The notes under the pieces were generated by a model. That model was not told the DNA's origin, did not search any database, and saw only the letters and a program-made list of their open reading frames with translations. The position numbers were made by a program, and so were the translations under genes. This document shows, piece by piece, positions 54,283 to 64,000 of a stretch of DNA of 64,000 nucleotides. The stretch's first letter is position 1; each line of letters starts with the position of its first letter. The DNA comes from a virus: positions 1 through 64,000 of the IMG/VR virus record IMGVR_UViG_3300042197_003184, one strand, 5' to 3'.

Positions 54283-57200
54283 ATGCCGTTTAAGAAAGTA
54301 GTAGACCCATCAGTAGCATACAAAGGATTTACTCTTAGTTTTTTAAAACTACCAGTAGAAACGGGTAAAAACTATCAGGTAGTAGTTACAGAAATATCTA
54401 AGATACCTAAGCGTACTACCGTAGCTATTAATCCTAGAAATCAAACAATCATGTCTGATGATGAATTTCTAGATATTAGTATATTTGTTAGAATACGTAC
54501 TAATTATACATTAGATAATTCTAGTGAGTGTATTTTTGGTATAACATTAATAGATATAGATACAGAAACAGAGGTTTATACAGACTATGCTGTGGTTCAG
54601 TGTGGGGATTTGTGTTCCGTCGATGGACAGCCTAGAGTCTCCGCTGTGCCAACAAAAACTCCTACTCCAACACCCACTCAGACACCAACAGCTACGCTAG
54701 TTATATATGGTATAACCAAGGATTCTATTACTCTTGTTGATGGTGGTCAAAACTATAAAGTTGGTGATACTTTTAATGTTTCTGATAATCAAGGAGGTAG
54801 TGGTGGGCAAATTACGGTTACACAGGTTGATCAAAATGGGAAGATTTTAGATTTTACCGTCTCCAATCAGGGTTCTAATTTTAAGGACACTCCTCAAGTA
54901 ACAGATGGGAATTTGCAGAACAACGGGTCTGGGGCTGTTTTTCAAGGGAATACCGGTAATTTTGCTCCCGTTGGCGGAGGCGGTGCTCCTCCGGGACCGC
55001 CACCCGGACCACCGCCCCCACCTCCTCCGGGACCACCACCTGGACCTCCTCCGGGACCACCACCTGGACCTCCTCCGCCCGGACCTCCTCCGGGACCACC
55101 ACCCGGACCTCCTCCGGGACCGCCGCCCGGCCCTCCTCCTCCTCCGCCTGGCCCACCTCCTCCACCCGGACCTCCGCCTGGCCCACCTCCTCCTCCACCC
55201 GGACCACCACCCGGACCTCCACCCGGACCACCACCCGGACCTCCTCCGGGACCACCACCCGGCCCACCTCCGGGACCGCCACCCGGCCCACCTCCGGGAC
55301 CGCCACCCGGCCCACCTCCGGGACCGCCACCCGGCCCACCTCCGGGACCGCCACCCGGCCCACCGCCCCCACCTCCTCCGGGACAACAAGACCTTACTCA
55401 GTCTATTCTGTTGTATGCTTGTGAAATCCCCAACACATACAATGCCACCACAAGAAGGAAAAAGGGACGCCTACATTGGACCAATGTTCCTGGAGGATTT
55501 ACATACATAGTCATCGAAGCCAGCTATGATAATGGTGCTTATAGTAGACTATCTAGCTTTAGAGCAACCGGCTCCGGATTTATTATTGTAGATTTATTTG
55601 CTAGATATGGTAGTCAACAATACAAAATTTATTTAGAAAATAGAAGCACTAACAATTATTCTAAATCAGAAATATACGCACTATCTAATATCGTGTCATT
55701 CTCTAAGGGACCCATCTGTCCTGCTAAACTACCTTGGGAAACCGGGTCTGGCGGACCACCTCCGCCGCCACCAGGACCACCTGGACCACCGCCCGGACCA
55801 CCGCCCGGACCATCATCTGAGGATTCAGATTGGCCTTGGGAAGCATTACCTCCTCCACCAAGACAACCTAATACCCCAACGCCTACCAAAACACCCACCG
55901 TTACTCCAACCAATACCACTACGCCTACTACTACGCCAACAAATAGTCCGTCTCCTTCTATCACTCCGACGGAAACACCAACCAATACCCCCACTACTTC
56001 TGAGACACCAACTAACACACCAACGAACAGTCAGACACCAACGCCGACTGTAACTTTCGGTTTTGTGCCATCACCAACACCTACGCCTACGGAAACCCCA
56101 ACCAATACTCCAACCCCAGACACCCCAACTCCAACACCAACAGAAAGTCTTACGCCAACCCCCACGGTTTCTCCCTCAGAAACTCCTACAAACACCCCTT
56201 CCAATACCTGTACGCCATCTATCACCCCCTCTATTACTCCAACGATTTCTCTCACCCCAACTAACACCCCAACCGTTACTCCAACAGCGAGCGTACCGTG
56301 CTGTAATTTCCAGTGCTACTATTCTTTAGTTGCTCCATCGAATTGGTCTGTTACCAATGAAAACACCAACGGATATCTTCAATTACAGGATGAATTCGGG
56401 GACAATACATTGCCTTGGGAGTGTCGTCTATATGGTGGTAATGACGAGCAATATACTGATCAGTATGGTATTACTAAACTTTCTATCAAAATACCAGAAG
56501 ATACCTATCTTTTCTTTTCGTGGGCCTATATCACACAAGACGCAGCTAGATGGGATGCTTGTGGATATTTTATTAATGAAGAATATACAGAATTAGACAA
56601 CGGAGACCCTTACGAAACACTACCTCATTCTGGTAGTATTCAGATGATTAGGGTTTATCCGGATGATATATTTGGTTTTTACATATCTACTGAAGATAAT
56701 TCCAATGGTAGGGGTATTTTAAAGATCAGAGACTTCAATACATACGCTTGCGATCTTATAAATCCCAATAGAGAGACTGTTGGGGGTGAAGGTGCGGGGC
56801 CAGGACCGGGGCCAGGACCGGGGCCAGGACCGGGGCCAGGACCGGGACCAGGACCAGGACCGGGGCCAGGACCGGGGCCAGGACCAGGACCGGGGCCAGG
56901 ACCGGGGCCAGGACCGGGTGGTAGACCACTATCTCCATTTGAAGACGATTTCTCTGGACAGGTTATTTGTTTAGCAGAAAATATCAATGTTTCTGTGTCT
57001 AGTGATAGTCAGTATTATTTATTTGAGATGGTCGATTCTCATCAGGTGTTTGATCCTACTGACTCCAATCAAAAATTAGGATTTAGCACTGGGGTATATA
57101 TTTTTAATAATATTCCAGCCAGTTTCCCGATGGCTATATTGAACGGGAATGAAGCCTTTAATTACTTTGTAGAGTATACAGGAACAAACGTAGTAAATGC

Positions 57201-59538
57201 AACAACAGAGGACGGAGATTATGCCTTCTATCATGGACAGTTAACAATGACTGTTTATGGATATGATTATATCTTTGACGAGAATGGTAATCCTCCAGCC
57301 ACTGTCTTTAGTTATAGTTCTTCTAACAACGGCTACATGGGAGGTTTACAGAGATTGGTTTATCGTCCAGAACACTGTAACTGGCCGACCCCAACACCTA
57401 CGCAAACAAATATAGACTGGAACAGTCCAACTCCAACTACGACACTAACTCCGACGCCGACAGTAACTTTTGGCTATGACCCAACGCCAACAGCTACACG
57501 TACTCAGCCACCCACTAGGACACCAACTAAGACTCCTACCAACACCCCAACACCGGGCTTATCCCCCACCCTAACATCTACTCCAACACCAACGCCAGTT
57601 ACCCCAACACCCACAAAAACACCAACAAGAACCCCGACCGTTACACCAACTAAGGGACTAACACAAACCCCCACCACTACGCCTACAACTACTCCAACGT
57701 CTTCGATAACGAGAACGGTTACTCCCTCCATAACCCCAACTCAAACTGTTACCCCGACCGTAACTAAATCTCAAACCCCAACACCCACGGTTACTGCTAC
57801 CAACACCCCGACCCCAAGTATTACGCCTACCACCAGCAGAATACCCAACAATTTATTATCTACTTATTTAAGTGATGAGGTTTTTGGTACAGACACGGGT
57901 TCGTACGTTATAAATAACTATTTAGAACAGCACTCTTTATTTATTAATAATTATGGTCAGTTGTTAAATAATTATCTGGTCCCCGAAGCCCTAAACATTA
58001 CCAACGTTTCATCTGTTTTAAATACATATCTAGACTTTGATACCCTATCGGTGAGAACCGCCCCATATGAGTATTTCAGATTTTCTTCTGTACGTAGCGA
58101 AACTTTGGTAGAGAAAATAGACACCCCGTCCGACGTTATACTCTCAGAGGCTGATCAACAACCCTTTAGATTAAAGTTGTCTGATACAGATATAGTGTCA
58201 TCGTTATCAGACCAACAACCGTTCAATCTCAGGGTGTTGGATACGGACGTATTGGTTGGACAATCTATCGCCCACGCCTTGGATGCGAAAATTAATGAAA
58301 CAACAGTTATTCAGGGTGCGATAGACGATGCGGTTGTTTATATTAGAGATAATCCCGAAAATATTGTTAATCAAAGTATTATTAATACGGAAATAGCTTT
58401 TAATAGAATAATTTTTGATTATTTAACTATCTATGACCATATAAGTTCGGAAGTGTTTTACAATAAGCCAACTGTTGGTACCAAAGACAATTTATTAACA
58501 TCAATAGTAAGCGATGAAGCTATGCTGCTGCGTAACAGCGTTTTGAACTTCTTTATTGGTGATCATATTAGTCACGAGCTACTATTTAGTAGAAATACTA
58601 GTGAAATACAACTAGTGGATGAAAATCTAAACATAGAGATTCCACGATACTTATTAATCACTAATGACTACATTCATATCGATCATACATCATGTGAAAT
58701 CGTTAATATATACAAAACATCATCAGAAAAGGCTATGTCTAGTAGCTCTTTTGGTTTTGATGTTATTTCTAAGTTACAGAACACCGATATAGAGTACGAC
58801 AGTATAAGGTTCTCTAAAAACTCCAGCATAGTATTGAGACAAAAGATATCTGATGAGCAATTTATATCTCAATATCACCACCAAGAGGTTTTAAATATTG
58901 CAGAACCCGACGCTCTTATAGGATCTAATCAGGACCAACAAGTACTGGTAATAATACCCACACCAGAAATTTCTATCATAGATCAGTCTTCGGATCAATT
59001 AGCTACTCTATTGTATTTACAAAACGTATCCGTTATGTTGTCTGTAACGGCACAGGTTACTTTTGACCAGGCTTTGTCGTATCAGTGGCAAAAACTAATC
59101 AATAATGAATATCAAGATATTATTGGTGCCATCAATAATACGTTATTAATTAGTAATTTAGTTTTATCTGATAATAATAGTAGATACAGAGTAAGAATTG
59201 ACGCAACCGGAGGTGCAACGTCTATCTATAGCAATAGTATATTGTTAACTGTTGATCCTATGACGCCTACACCAACCCCAACAGTTACCGCTACCGTCAC
59301 CCCAACTCCTTCTTTCACCCCAACACCTAATAGAATATCTGAGCCTGATGCTCCTAGGAACCTTGTGGCATATGGAGCGAACGAACAGATAGTTATGTTC
59401 TGGTCACCTCCGGCTTACGATGGTCGTCGAGAAATTATAGACCACATTATTGAATATACTCCAGTACCCAGTCAAACCCCCACGGAAACACCCACTAACA
59501 CACCAACACCCACACCCTCAGTAACGCCTTCTTTATGA
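54283..59538 (+). CDS. large appendage protein with (GPPP)n, (GP)n and PT repeats, Ig/FN3-like C-terminus
   Basis: YQWQK..I.GA..L..YRV Ig motif; PDAPRNL..WSPP..DG FN3 start. Confidence 0.8.
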   Translation: MPFKKVVDPSVAYKGFTLSFLKLPVETGKNYQVVVTEISKIPKRTTVAINPRNQTIMSDDEFLDISIFVRIRTNYTLDNSSECIFGITLIDIDTETEVYTDYAVVQCGDLCSVDGQPRVSAVPTKTPTPTPTQTPTATLVIYGITKDSITLVDGGQNYKVGDTFNVSDNQGGSGGQITVTQVDQNGKILDFTVSNQGSNFKDTPQVTDGNLQNNGSGAVFQGNTGNFAPVGGGGAPPGPPPGPPPPPPPGPPPGPPPGPPPGPPPPGPPPGPPPGPPPGPPPGPPPPPPGPPPPPGPPPGPPPPPPGPPPGPPPGPPPGPPPGPPPGPPPGPPPGPPPGPPPGPPPGPPPGPPPGPPPGPPPPPPPGQQDLTQSILLYACEIPNTYNATTRRKKGRLHWTNVPGGFTYIVIEASYDNGAYSRLSSFRATGSGFIIVDLFARYGSQQYKIYLENRSTNNYSKSEIYALSNIVSFSKGPICPAKLPWETGSGGPPPPPPGPPGPPPGPPPGPSSEDSDWPWEALPPPPRQPNTPTPTKTPTVTPTNTTTPTTTPTNSPSPSITPTETPTNTPTTSETPTNTPTNSQTPTPTVTFGFVPSPTPTPTETPTNTPTPDTPTPTPTESLTPTPTVSPSETPTNTPSNTCTPSITPSITPTISLTPTNTPTVTPTASVPCCNFQCYYSLVAPSNWSVTNENTNGYLQLQDEFGDNTLPWECRLYGGNDEQYTDQYGITKLSIKIPEDTYLFFSWAYITQDAARWDACGYFINEEYTELDNGDPYETLPHSGSIQMIRVYPDDIFGFYISTEDNSNGRGILKIRDFNTYACDLINPNRETVGGEGAGPGPGPGPGPGPGPGPGPGPGPGPGPGPGPGPGPGPGPGPGGRPLSPFEDDFSGQVICLAENINVSVSSDSQYYLFEMVDSHQVFDPTDSNQKLGFSTGVYIFNNIPASFPMAILNGNEAFNYFVEYTGTNVVNATTEDGDYAFYHGQLTMTVYGYDYIFDENGNPPATVFSYSSSNNGYMGGLQRLVYRPEHCNWPTPTPTQTNIDWNSPTPTTTLTPTPTVTFGYDPTPTATRTQPPTRTPTKTPTNTPTPGLSPTLTSTPTPTPVTPTPTKTPTRTPTVTPTKGLTQTPTTTPTTTPTSSITRTVTPSITPTQTVTPTVTKSQTPTPTVTATNTPTPSITPTTSRIPNNLLSTYLSDEVFGTDTGSYVINNYLEQHSLFINNYGQLLNNYLVPEALNITNVSSVLNTYLDFDTLSVRTAPYEYFRFSSVRSETLVEKIDTPSDVILSEADQQPFRLKLSDTDIVSSLSDQQPFNLRVLDTDVLVGQSIAHALDAKINETTVIQGAIDDAVVYIRDNPENIVNQSIINTEIAFNRIIFDYLTIYDHISSEVFYNKPTVGTKDNLLTSIVSDEAMLLRNSVLNFFIGDHISHELLFSRNTSEIQLVDENLNIEIPRYLLITNDYIHIDHTSCEIVNIYKTSSEKAMSSSSFGFDVISKLQNTDIEYDSIRFSKNSSIVLRQKISDEQFISQYHHQEVLNIAEPDALIGSNQDQQVLVIIPTPEISIIDQSSDQLATLLYLQNVSVMLSVTAQVTFDQALSYQWQKLINNEYQDIIGAINNTLLISNLVLSDNNSRYRVRIDATGGATSIYSNSILLTVDPMTPTPTPTVTATVTPTPSFTPTPNRISEPDAPRNLVAYGANEQIVMFWSPPAYDGRREIIDHIIEYTPVPSQTPTETPTNTPTPTPSVTPSL
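54985..55381 (+). repeat. GC-rich coding repeat (GPPP)n
   Basis: 12-bp degenerate units. Confidence 0.95.
56797..56919 (+). repeat. coding repeat (GP)n
   Basis: GGGCCAGGACCG units. Confidence 0.95.
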
Positions 59539-59646
59539 AAAATTGGTTATATTTTTTAGTATAAGTTGGTGTATTGCTTATATAGGAAATCTAGACTATA
59601 ATCAATTAGACCCTCAATTTATCTCTTAATAGGAGTTAACATACAC

Positions 59647-61296
59647 ATGGTATCTACAATCTTTTTTGATGGTTTCGGACCCCACGGCGGCGAGCACATA
59701 GGACAGATTGACCCTGTGTATTGGAATTATAATAGTGGAGCTTCTCTAAGCGGTTATCGTAATGATAGAGCCCAAAGCACAATAAACGGAACATCTAATG
59801 GTCTTGACTTTATGGGACACACATTTGGTTCTGTGGTTAGGCTTGATAACCATGTTGCAACAAGTAATAGGTCCTACCTTAAGGCGTCTAATTTTCCAGC
59901 AGTATTTTCTGCACAAGACACAGCCTTTGGTATGGGTTTCTTTATCAATAAAATAGCTACGGACTCTGTAGCCAGACCAGACTCCACAAGCGGAACCAAT
60001 TATGCATCTGCTTTATTGAACTTAATTAATAGAGATAATAGTGTTGATAATAATATTCTAAAACTAGAGGCTGTTCATTTGGGATCGCTTGGCTATCCCA
60101 ACAACAACCCCAAAATGGGACTGAAGGTATATCAAACGGTTGATGGTTTGGATGAGGCGATGGGGACCTTTACTTTTGATGTTTGGGGTGCTCCATGGTA
60201 TACAGAACAAAATCCTAATAATGTATCCACTAATTATCAACGCACAATAGGTGCCTATAATTATAAGTATGGTGGTTTGTATACAGAAATTTGTGTGATG
60301 AAAGACGCTAGTACGGTTGCCGATGTGACGGCCACAGTAAGCGGTTCGGTTTCATCTGGATCGACTGTTGTGGTATTGAATTCTGTGACGGGCTTATCTG
60401 TTGGTATGGCTGTTGTATCAGGAACTTCTGGAATTCCCAACAATACCTCCATCCAGTCAATAGACACCAACAATGTCTCTATAACCCTCAGTTCTGCTAC
60501 AACATCAACACTAGCCGATGCTTCTTCGCTAGGCTTTACTAAAAAAACATACTCTTTGCAAATCAAAGTTAACGGTATGAATTTATTGGTTGATGGAACC
60601 ACCAATGACAAAAAGATTTATCTCAAAAATAACTGGAGTACTTTTTCTAATAAGTATTTCAACAGTTGCGTGTTTTATGGAGCAAGAGTTCCGACGGACC
60701 CCAATGGAGGCACCCCTAATCCATTGGCTTATTCTTATATTCATAACGGACAAGTAATTAATCAAGGATATATGTACGAAACATATATTGATAATATCTA
60801 TATTGTTGGTGGTCTGAACGATCAAGACTGCTTCTTAGGTCCTACCACCAAGGTATTCAATATTGCACCAGTTGCTGGATCAACAGTTAATACCAACAAC
60901 GAATGGCAAGCCTTTAATCTGCAATGGGATACCAATACCAGTATCGAAGAAAATCTTAAAGATAGCAATGGTGATAGGTCATATGTTTATACAGAGATTA
61001 ACGGAGCAGTATTGGCTATGGACATGGCAAATATTCCTGATAATCCTAATTATGCTGTTGGGGGTATTAAAATCACTAATAGTGTAAGAAAGTCCAACAA
61101 AGACACATCATTCACGAATGTTTGGGGATCTGGTAATACTCTAGCAGATATTACTCCTATTGGTACTAATTTTGCGGTTAACAACAATCATTACGAATAC
61201 AAAAACCAGTATTTCTTAAATAATCCAGTAACCAATCAACCATGGACATTTACTGATATCAATGGGGGTAAATTTGGTATTAAGAAAACACAGTAA
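59647..61296 (+). CDS. virion structural protein
   Basis: AGGAG SD; C-terminal NPVTNQPWT..IN..KFG motif. Confidence 0.7.
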   Translation: MVSTIFFDGFGPHGGEHIGQIDPVYWNYNSGASLSGYRNDRAQSTINGTSNGLDFMGHTFGSVVRLDNHVATSNRSYLKASNFPAVFSAQDTAFGMGFFINKIATDSVARPDSTSGTNYASALLNLINRDNSVDNNILKLEAVHLGSLGYPNNNPKMGLKVYQTVDGLDEAMGTFTFDVWGAPWYTEQNPNNVSTNYQRTIGAYNYKYGGLYTEICVMKDASTVADVTATVSGSVSSGSTVVVLNSVTGLSVGMAVVSGTSGIPNNTSIQSIDTNNVSITLSSATTSTLADASSLGFTKKTYSLQIKVNGMNLLVDGTTNDKKIYLKNNWSTFSNKYFNSCVFYGARVPTDPNGGTPNPLAYSYIHNGQVINQGYMYETYIDNIYIVGGLNDQDCFLGPTTKVFNIAPVAGSTVNTNNEWQAFNLQWDTNTSIEENLKDSNGDRSYVYTEINGAVLAMDMANIPDNPNYAVGGIKITNSVRKSNKDTSFTNVWGSGNTLADITPIGTNFAVNNNHYEYKNQYFLNNPVTNQPWTFTDINGGKFGIKKTQ

Positions 61297-61327
61297 GTTT
61301 TAATTTTTATCAAGGACATACGATACC

Positions 61328-63184
61328 ATGGTGTATTCTGGACCATTTATTAATTCTATCTTTCAGATAGGAGAGGATAATCAAGAGCCTGTCTCCGTTC
61401 AGTCCGGCTCTGTACCTGTTACTGTGACCTACAATGGCACATCAATAGGCTCAATTGTTGGGGCCACACCCCTAGTGGTGCTTTCTCATCAGTTTAATAG
61501 AGCCGATAACGGTATTCTTAATAGTATTACAAATAGAATTTCTTTAACTGGGAAAATATATGACCGATCAGCTACTGCCACAGATATACAAAATATATTA
61601 TCTAAAGAGGTTCAACTAAAAGATTTATTTAAGAATTGCCCAATAGGCAAACTAGAAATCAAATGTGGCTCTACTGTAGCTCTAGCTGCGACAGGTGTTA
61701 AGTTACTATCTTATACTACTGATCCTAGTCCGGACTTTCTAACCAGGAGCTTGGGTTACAATATAGATTTAGAATACCACGAGAAACAGAGTAGTAATTC
61801 TCATATGGTGGTTAGTACCTCCGATTCTTGGAGTATAGAACCAATAGAAGAATATACCTACGAAGACTTTACTACAAGTATAGCAGCACGTACAGAAAAC
61901 GACAACCCTAATGATGGAAGCGCATCAACAGGCAGCATAACAACAAGAACCATTCCTCAGTTTAGGGTTTCTCACAGGGTATCAGCAAAAGGAGCTATGC
62001 CTAACGAAGATTGCAATAATAAAGACGCTTATTTTGCGGCATATAGAGAGGCACAAAAATGGGTTAAAGATAGATTAGATGTACCATGGGCTAATACTAC
62101 CAATGAAAAAGGACCATTTGTGGGATCTTACAACGTTCCTCCAAATGCGGGTTTGTGGTTATTTAACCATGTGAGATCCACCAATTTTAGTATTACTGAT
62201 GCGACATACGAGGTTGTGGATACCTGGCTCGCTATGCCCAGTGGTGTTTCTTATGTGGAAGATTATACTATAGAAATTAGTGGTGATGAAAAAAATATTA
62301 AAAGCATTAAAGTACAGGGTACTATCAAAGGCTTAGATATTAAAGCAGACTCTTTGATTAAGGGAGATTCTAGCCTAGTTCCGGACACAGTTGGAAAAAT
62401 AGACCTAGCCTCGACCTTAACTTCCAACAAGTCTGGTGGCTCTGTTTCTTTTCCCGACACCAATAATACCTCATCAGTTCAGCCCAATAAATATACCAAT
62501 GCTCTTAATGCTTGGCATAGTGGAGTTAAACCACTATTATACAGACGAGCTAGTGCTGGTCTAAACAGAATCAGATATACTGGCGCTATTAATCCTAAAA
62601 ATTATTTAAGAGAAAGTCCACCAGAGCAGCCCATTTATAGGATGGATTCATTCCTTAACATAAACCCAGTCTCATCATCAGAGAGCCACGACCCAAAAAG
62701 AGGCGTGATTACATACGGTTATGAATTTAATAATAAATATACGGTATTGAGTGGGGTCTTATCTGAAAGCGTTTCGATCAACGATACCGGACCGGCCGAT
62801 GTTGTGGCAGAAATTTTTGTATTAGGACGTAAATTAGGGCCGGTGTTACAGTCTTTAGGAGCGAAAACATCCTCCAAGAAAGAAATAAATATAGAGGTTA
62901 CAGTTATACCGCCAACGTCCATAGCACAGTACCACATGAACTCTGCTGAATGCCCACTATATTTTAAAGGCACCATTTATTCTCAGATAGACTCATTGGT
63001 AGAGGGGTTGAAACCCTTTGGAATTAACGATACCTCTGTGGTAGTAGCTGCTGGGCCAACGCAGGGACAAGTTTATGTGGAAAGAGATAGTCAATCATGG
63101 AACCCCGTGGAAGGAAGATATACCAGAAGCGTAGCCTGGGTATACCAACACTGCAATAATAATAATTTCTATTTAGACCACTAG
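61328..63184 (+). CDS. putative distal tail/baseplate protein
   Basis: beta-rich long ORF in the tail module. Confidence 0.55.
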   Translation: MVYSGPFINSIFQIGEDNQEPVSVQSGSVPVTVTYNGTSIGSIVGATPLVVLSHQFNRADNGILNSITNRISLTGKIYDRSATATDIQNILSKEVQLKDLFKNCPIGKLEIKCGSTVALAATGVKLLSYTTDPSPDFLTRSLGYNIDLEYHEKQSSNSHMVVSTSDSWSIEPIEEYTYEDFTTSIAARTENDNPNDGSASTGSITTRTIPQFRVSHRVSAKGAMPNEDCNNKDAYFAAYREAQKWVKDRLDVPWANTTNEKGPFVGSYNVPPNAGLWLFNHVRSTNFSITDATYEVVDTWLAMPSGVSYVEDYTIEISGDEKNIKSIKVQGTIKGLDIKADSLIKGDSSLVPDTVGKIDLASTLTSNKSGGSVSFPDTNNTSSVQPNKYTNALNAWHSGVKPLLYRRASAGLNRIRYTGAINPKNYLRESPPEQPIYRMDSFLNINPVSSSESHDPKRGVITYGYEFNNKYTVLSGVLSESVSINDTGPADVVAEIFVLGRKLGPVLQSLGAKTSSKKEINIEVTVIPPTSIAQYHMNSAECPLYFKGTIYSQIDSLVEGLKPFGINDTSVVVAAGPTQGQVYVERDSQSWNPVEGRYTRSVAWVYQHCNNNNFYLDH

Positions 63185-63185
63185 T

Positions 63186-64000
63186 ATGAATACTTGTACA
63201 ACTAATACTAAAGACATTGCACAAACATTGTTTCTAGGAGCTAGTGTAACTAGCTTTTTTTCTAATATGGGATGGTCAGGACAGCCGTCTCAGTTAACGG
63301 TTAATCTGGTTACAGATCAGACCCCGACCGTTTTTTGCTCTAACGACAATCAGTTTGTTGCTCCTGCTGGTTATGATGCGGACAACTATTACTATACGTG
63401 TTCTGGAGACGCTTGTTACGTGGATAGAGATGGTTCCACATGGAACAGTAGTGCCGCTAGTCGAGCACAACTCAGAGCTGATGGTACTACTATTCGTATG
63501 GATGACAAAATGATCCCTGGTAAATTAAGATATAAATTTGTTACCACGAACGGTATTGATCCTTTTGTTTCCAACTATTGGTACAGACAAGATCCTGGTT
63601 TCTTGGGTAGTCCCAATCTAATAAATACTGCTGGTTCTGTGATAGCAACTAAAAATAGTGGCTATGATATTATTGGCACTCCTGTATTTTTTAAAATGGG
63701 CAACTTTTCTTTTGGTGGAATTGTTCAGTCATGGGAGGAAAATCTTGGTAGTGGAGGCAATCAATATAAGGTCGTGATTGATGGTATGCACAGCGTATTG
63801 AGTAGTTGTTATTTGATTGTAGGAAACTATTCCGGAACCATTTTTAGTAAGCTCAATAGTGGTTCGGCATACGGATCTCCCAGAAATTATGTTGGTACAG
63901 GTAATGTTCATGCCGGTTCCATATCTCAGGGTAATATTCCTAATTTATTTAATGTTTATGGTTTTTTAGAGGCTTGTGGTCCAGAGAATTTTGGTGGGTC
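63186..64000 (+). CDS. putative baseplate hub/tail protein (runs off window)
   Basis: ATG just after previous stop; FLGASVTSF..MGW..SQLTVNLV; 5' part read by eye. Confidence 0.6.
   Translation, partial: MNTCTTNTKDIAQTLFLGASVTSFFSNMGWSGQPSQLTVNLVTDQTPTVFCSNDNQFVAPAGYDADNYYYTCSGDACYVDRDGSTWNSSAASRAQLRADGTTIRMDDKMIPGKLRYKFVTTNGIDPFVSNYWYRQDPGFLGSPNLINTAGSVIATKNSGYDIIGTPVFFKMGNFSFGGIVQSWEENLGSGGNQYKVVIDGMHSVLSSCYLIVGNYSGTIFSKLNSGSAYGSPRNYVGTGNVHAGSISQGNIPNLFNVYGFLEACGPENFGG

Noticed and set aside
54985-56919. Collagen-like triple helix
   Set aside because: Gly period is 4 (GPPP) or 2 (GP), not Gly-X-Y.
50825-57731. Val/Gly-rich and Arg/Trp-rich ORFs in other frames
   Set aside because: They are artefacts of stop-free PT and GPPP repeats.
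1-64000. Alternative genetic code, tRNAs, DGR, introns or inteins
   Set aside because: Genes are intact under the standard code with all three stops used. No cloverleaf, reverse transcriptase, TR/VR pair or intein motif was seen by eye; tRNAscan-SE and Infernal would be needed to exclude RNA genes.

Overview
This is a 64-kb segment of a large tailed dsDNA phage, probably siphovirus-like since no sheath gene is visible. The host is probably a Planctomycetota bacterium, inferred from a LEPRxLL-type signal on the subtilase. (1) 1-8.6 kb is a leftward early or host-takeover region of about 28 small genes grouped in promoter-bearing units. Eight copies of a 78-bp element separate the units; each is two 25-bp dyads (TAA-N4-TT-N7-AA-N4-TTA) exactly 53 bp apart, with IHF-site geometry. 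The promoters are composite: sigma70 boxes overlap sigma28-like boxes, and four sigma54 boxes sit back-to-back at fixed spacing. (2) 8.6-13.2 kb is a leftward auxiliary block (GNA1-like acetyltransferase, S8 protease, glmS). (3) 13.3-64 kb is a rightward late region: sigma factor, putative terS, gmd, HNH and ERCC4 nucleases, terL, portal, protease/scaffold, capsid, neck and tail tube. It continues with a 5733-aa tape measure protein carrying embedded HAD, PD-(D/E)xK-like and HExxH domains, then Pro/Thr-rich mucin-like appendage proteins. The most novel candidates are the phased-dyad, multi-sigma early array, the cargo-laden tape measure, and a possible virion glycosylation system. All functional calls come from reading motifs by eye; no searches were run.
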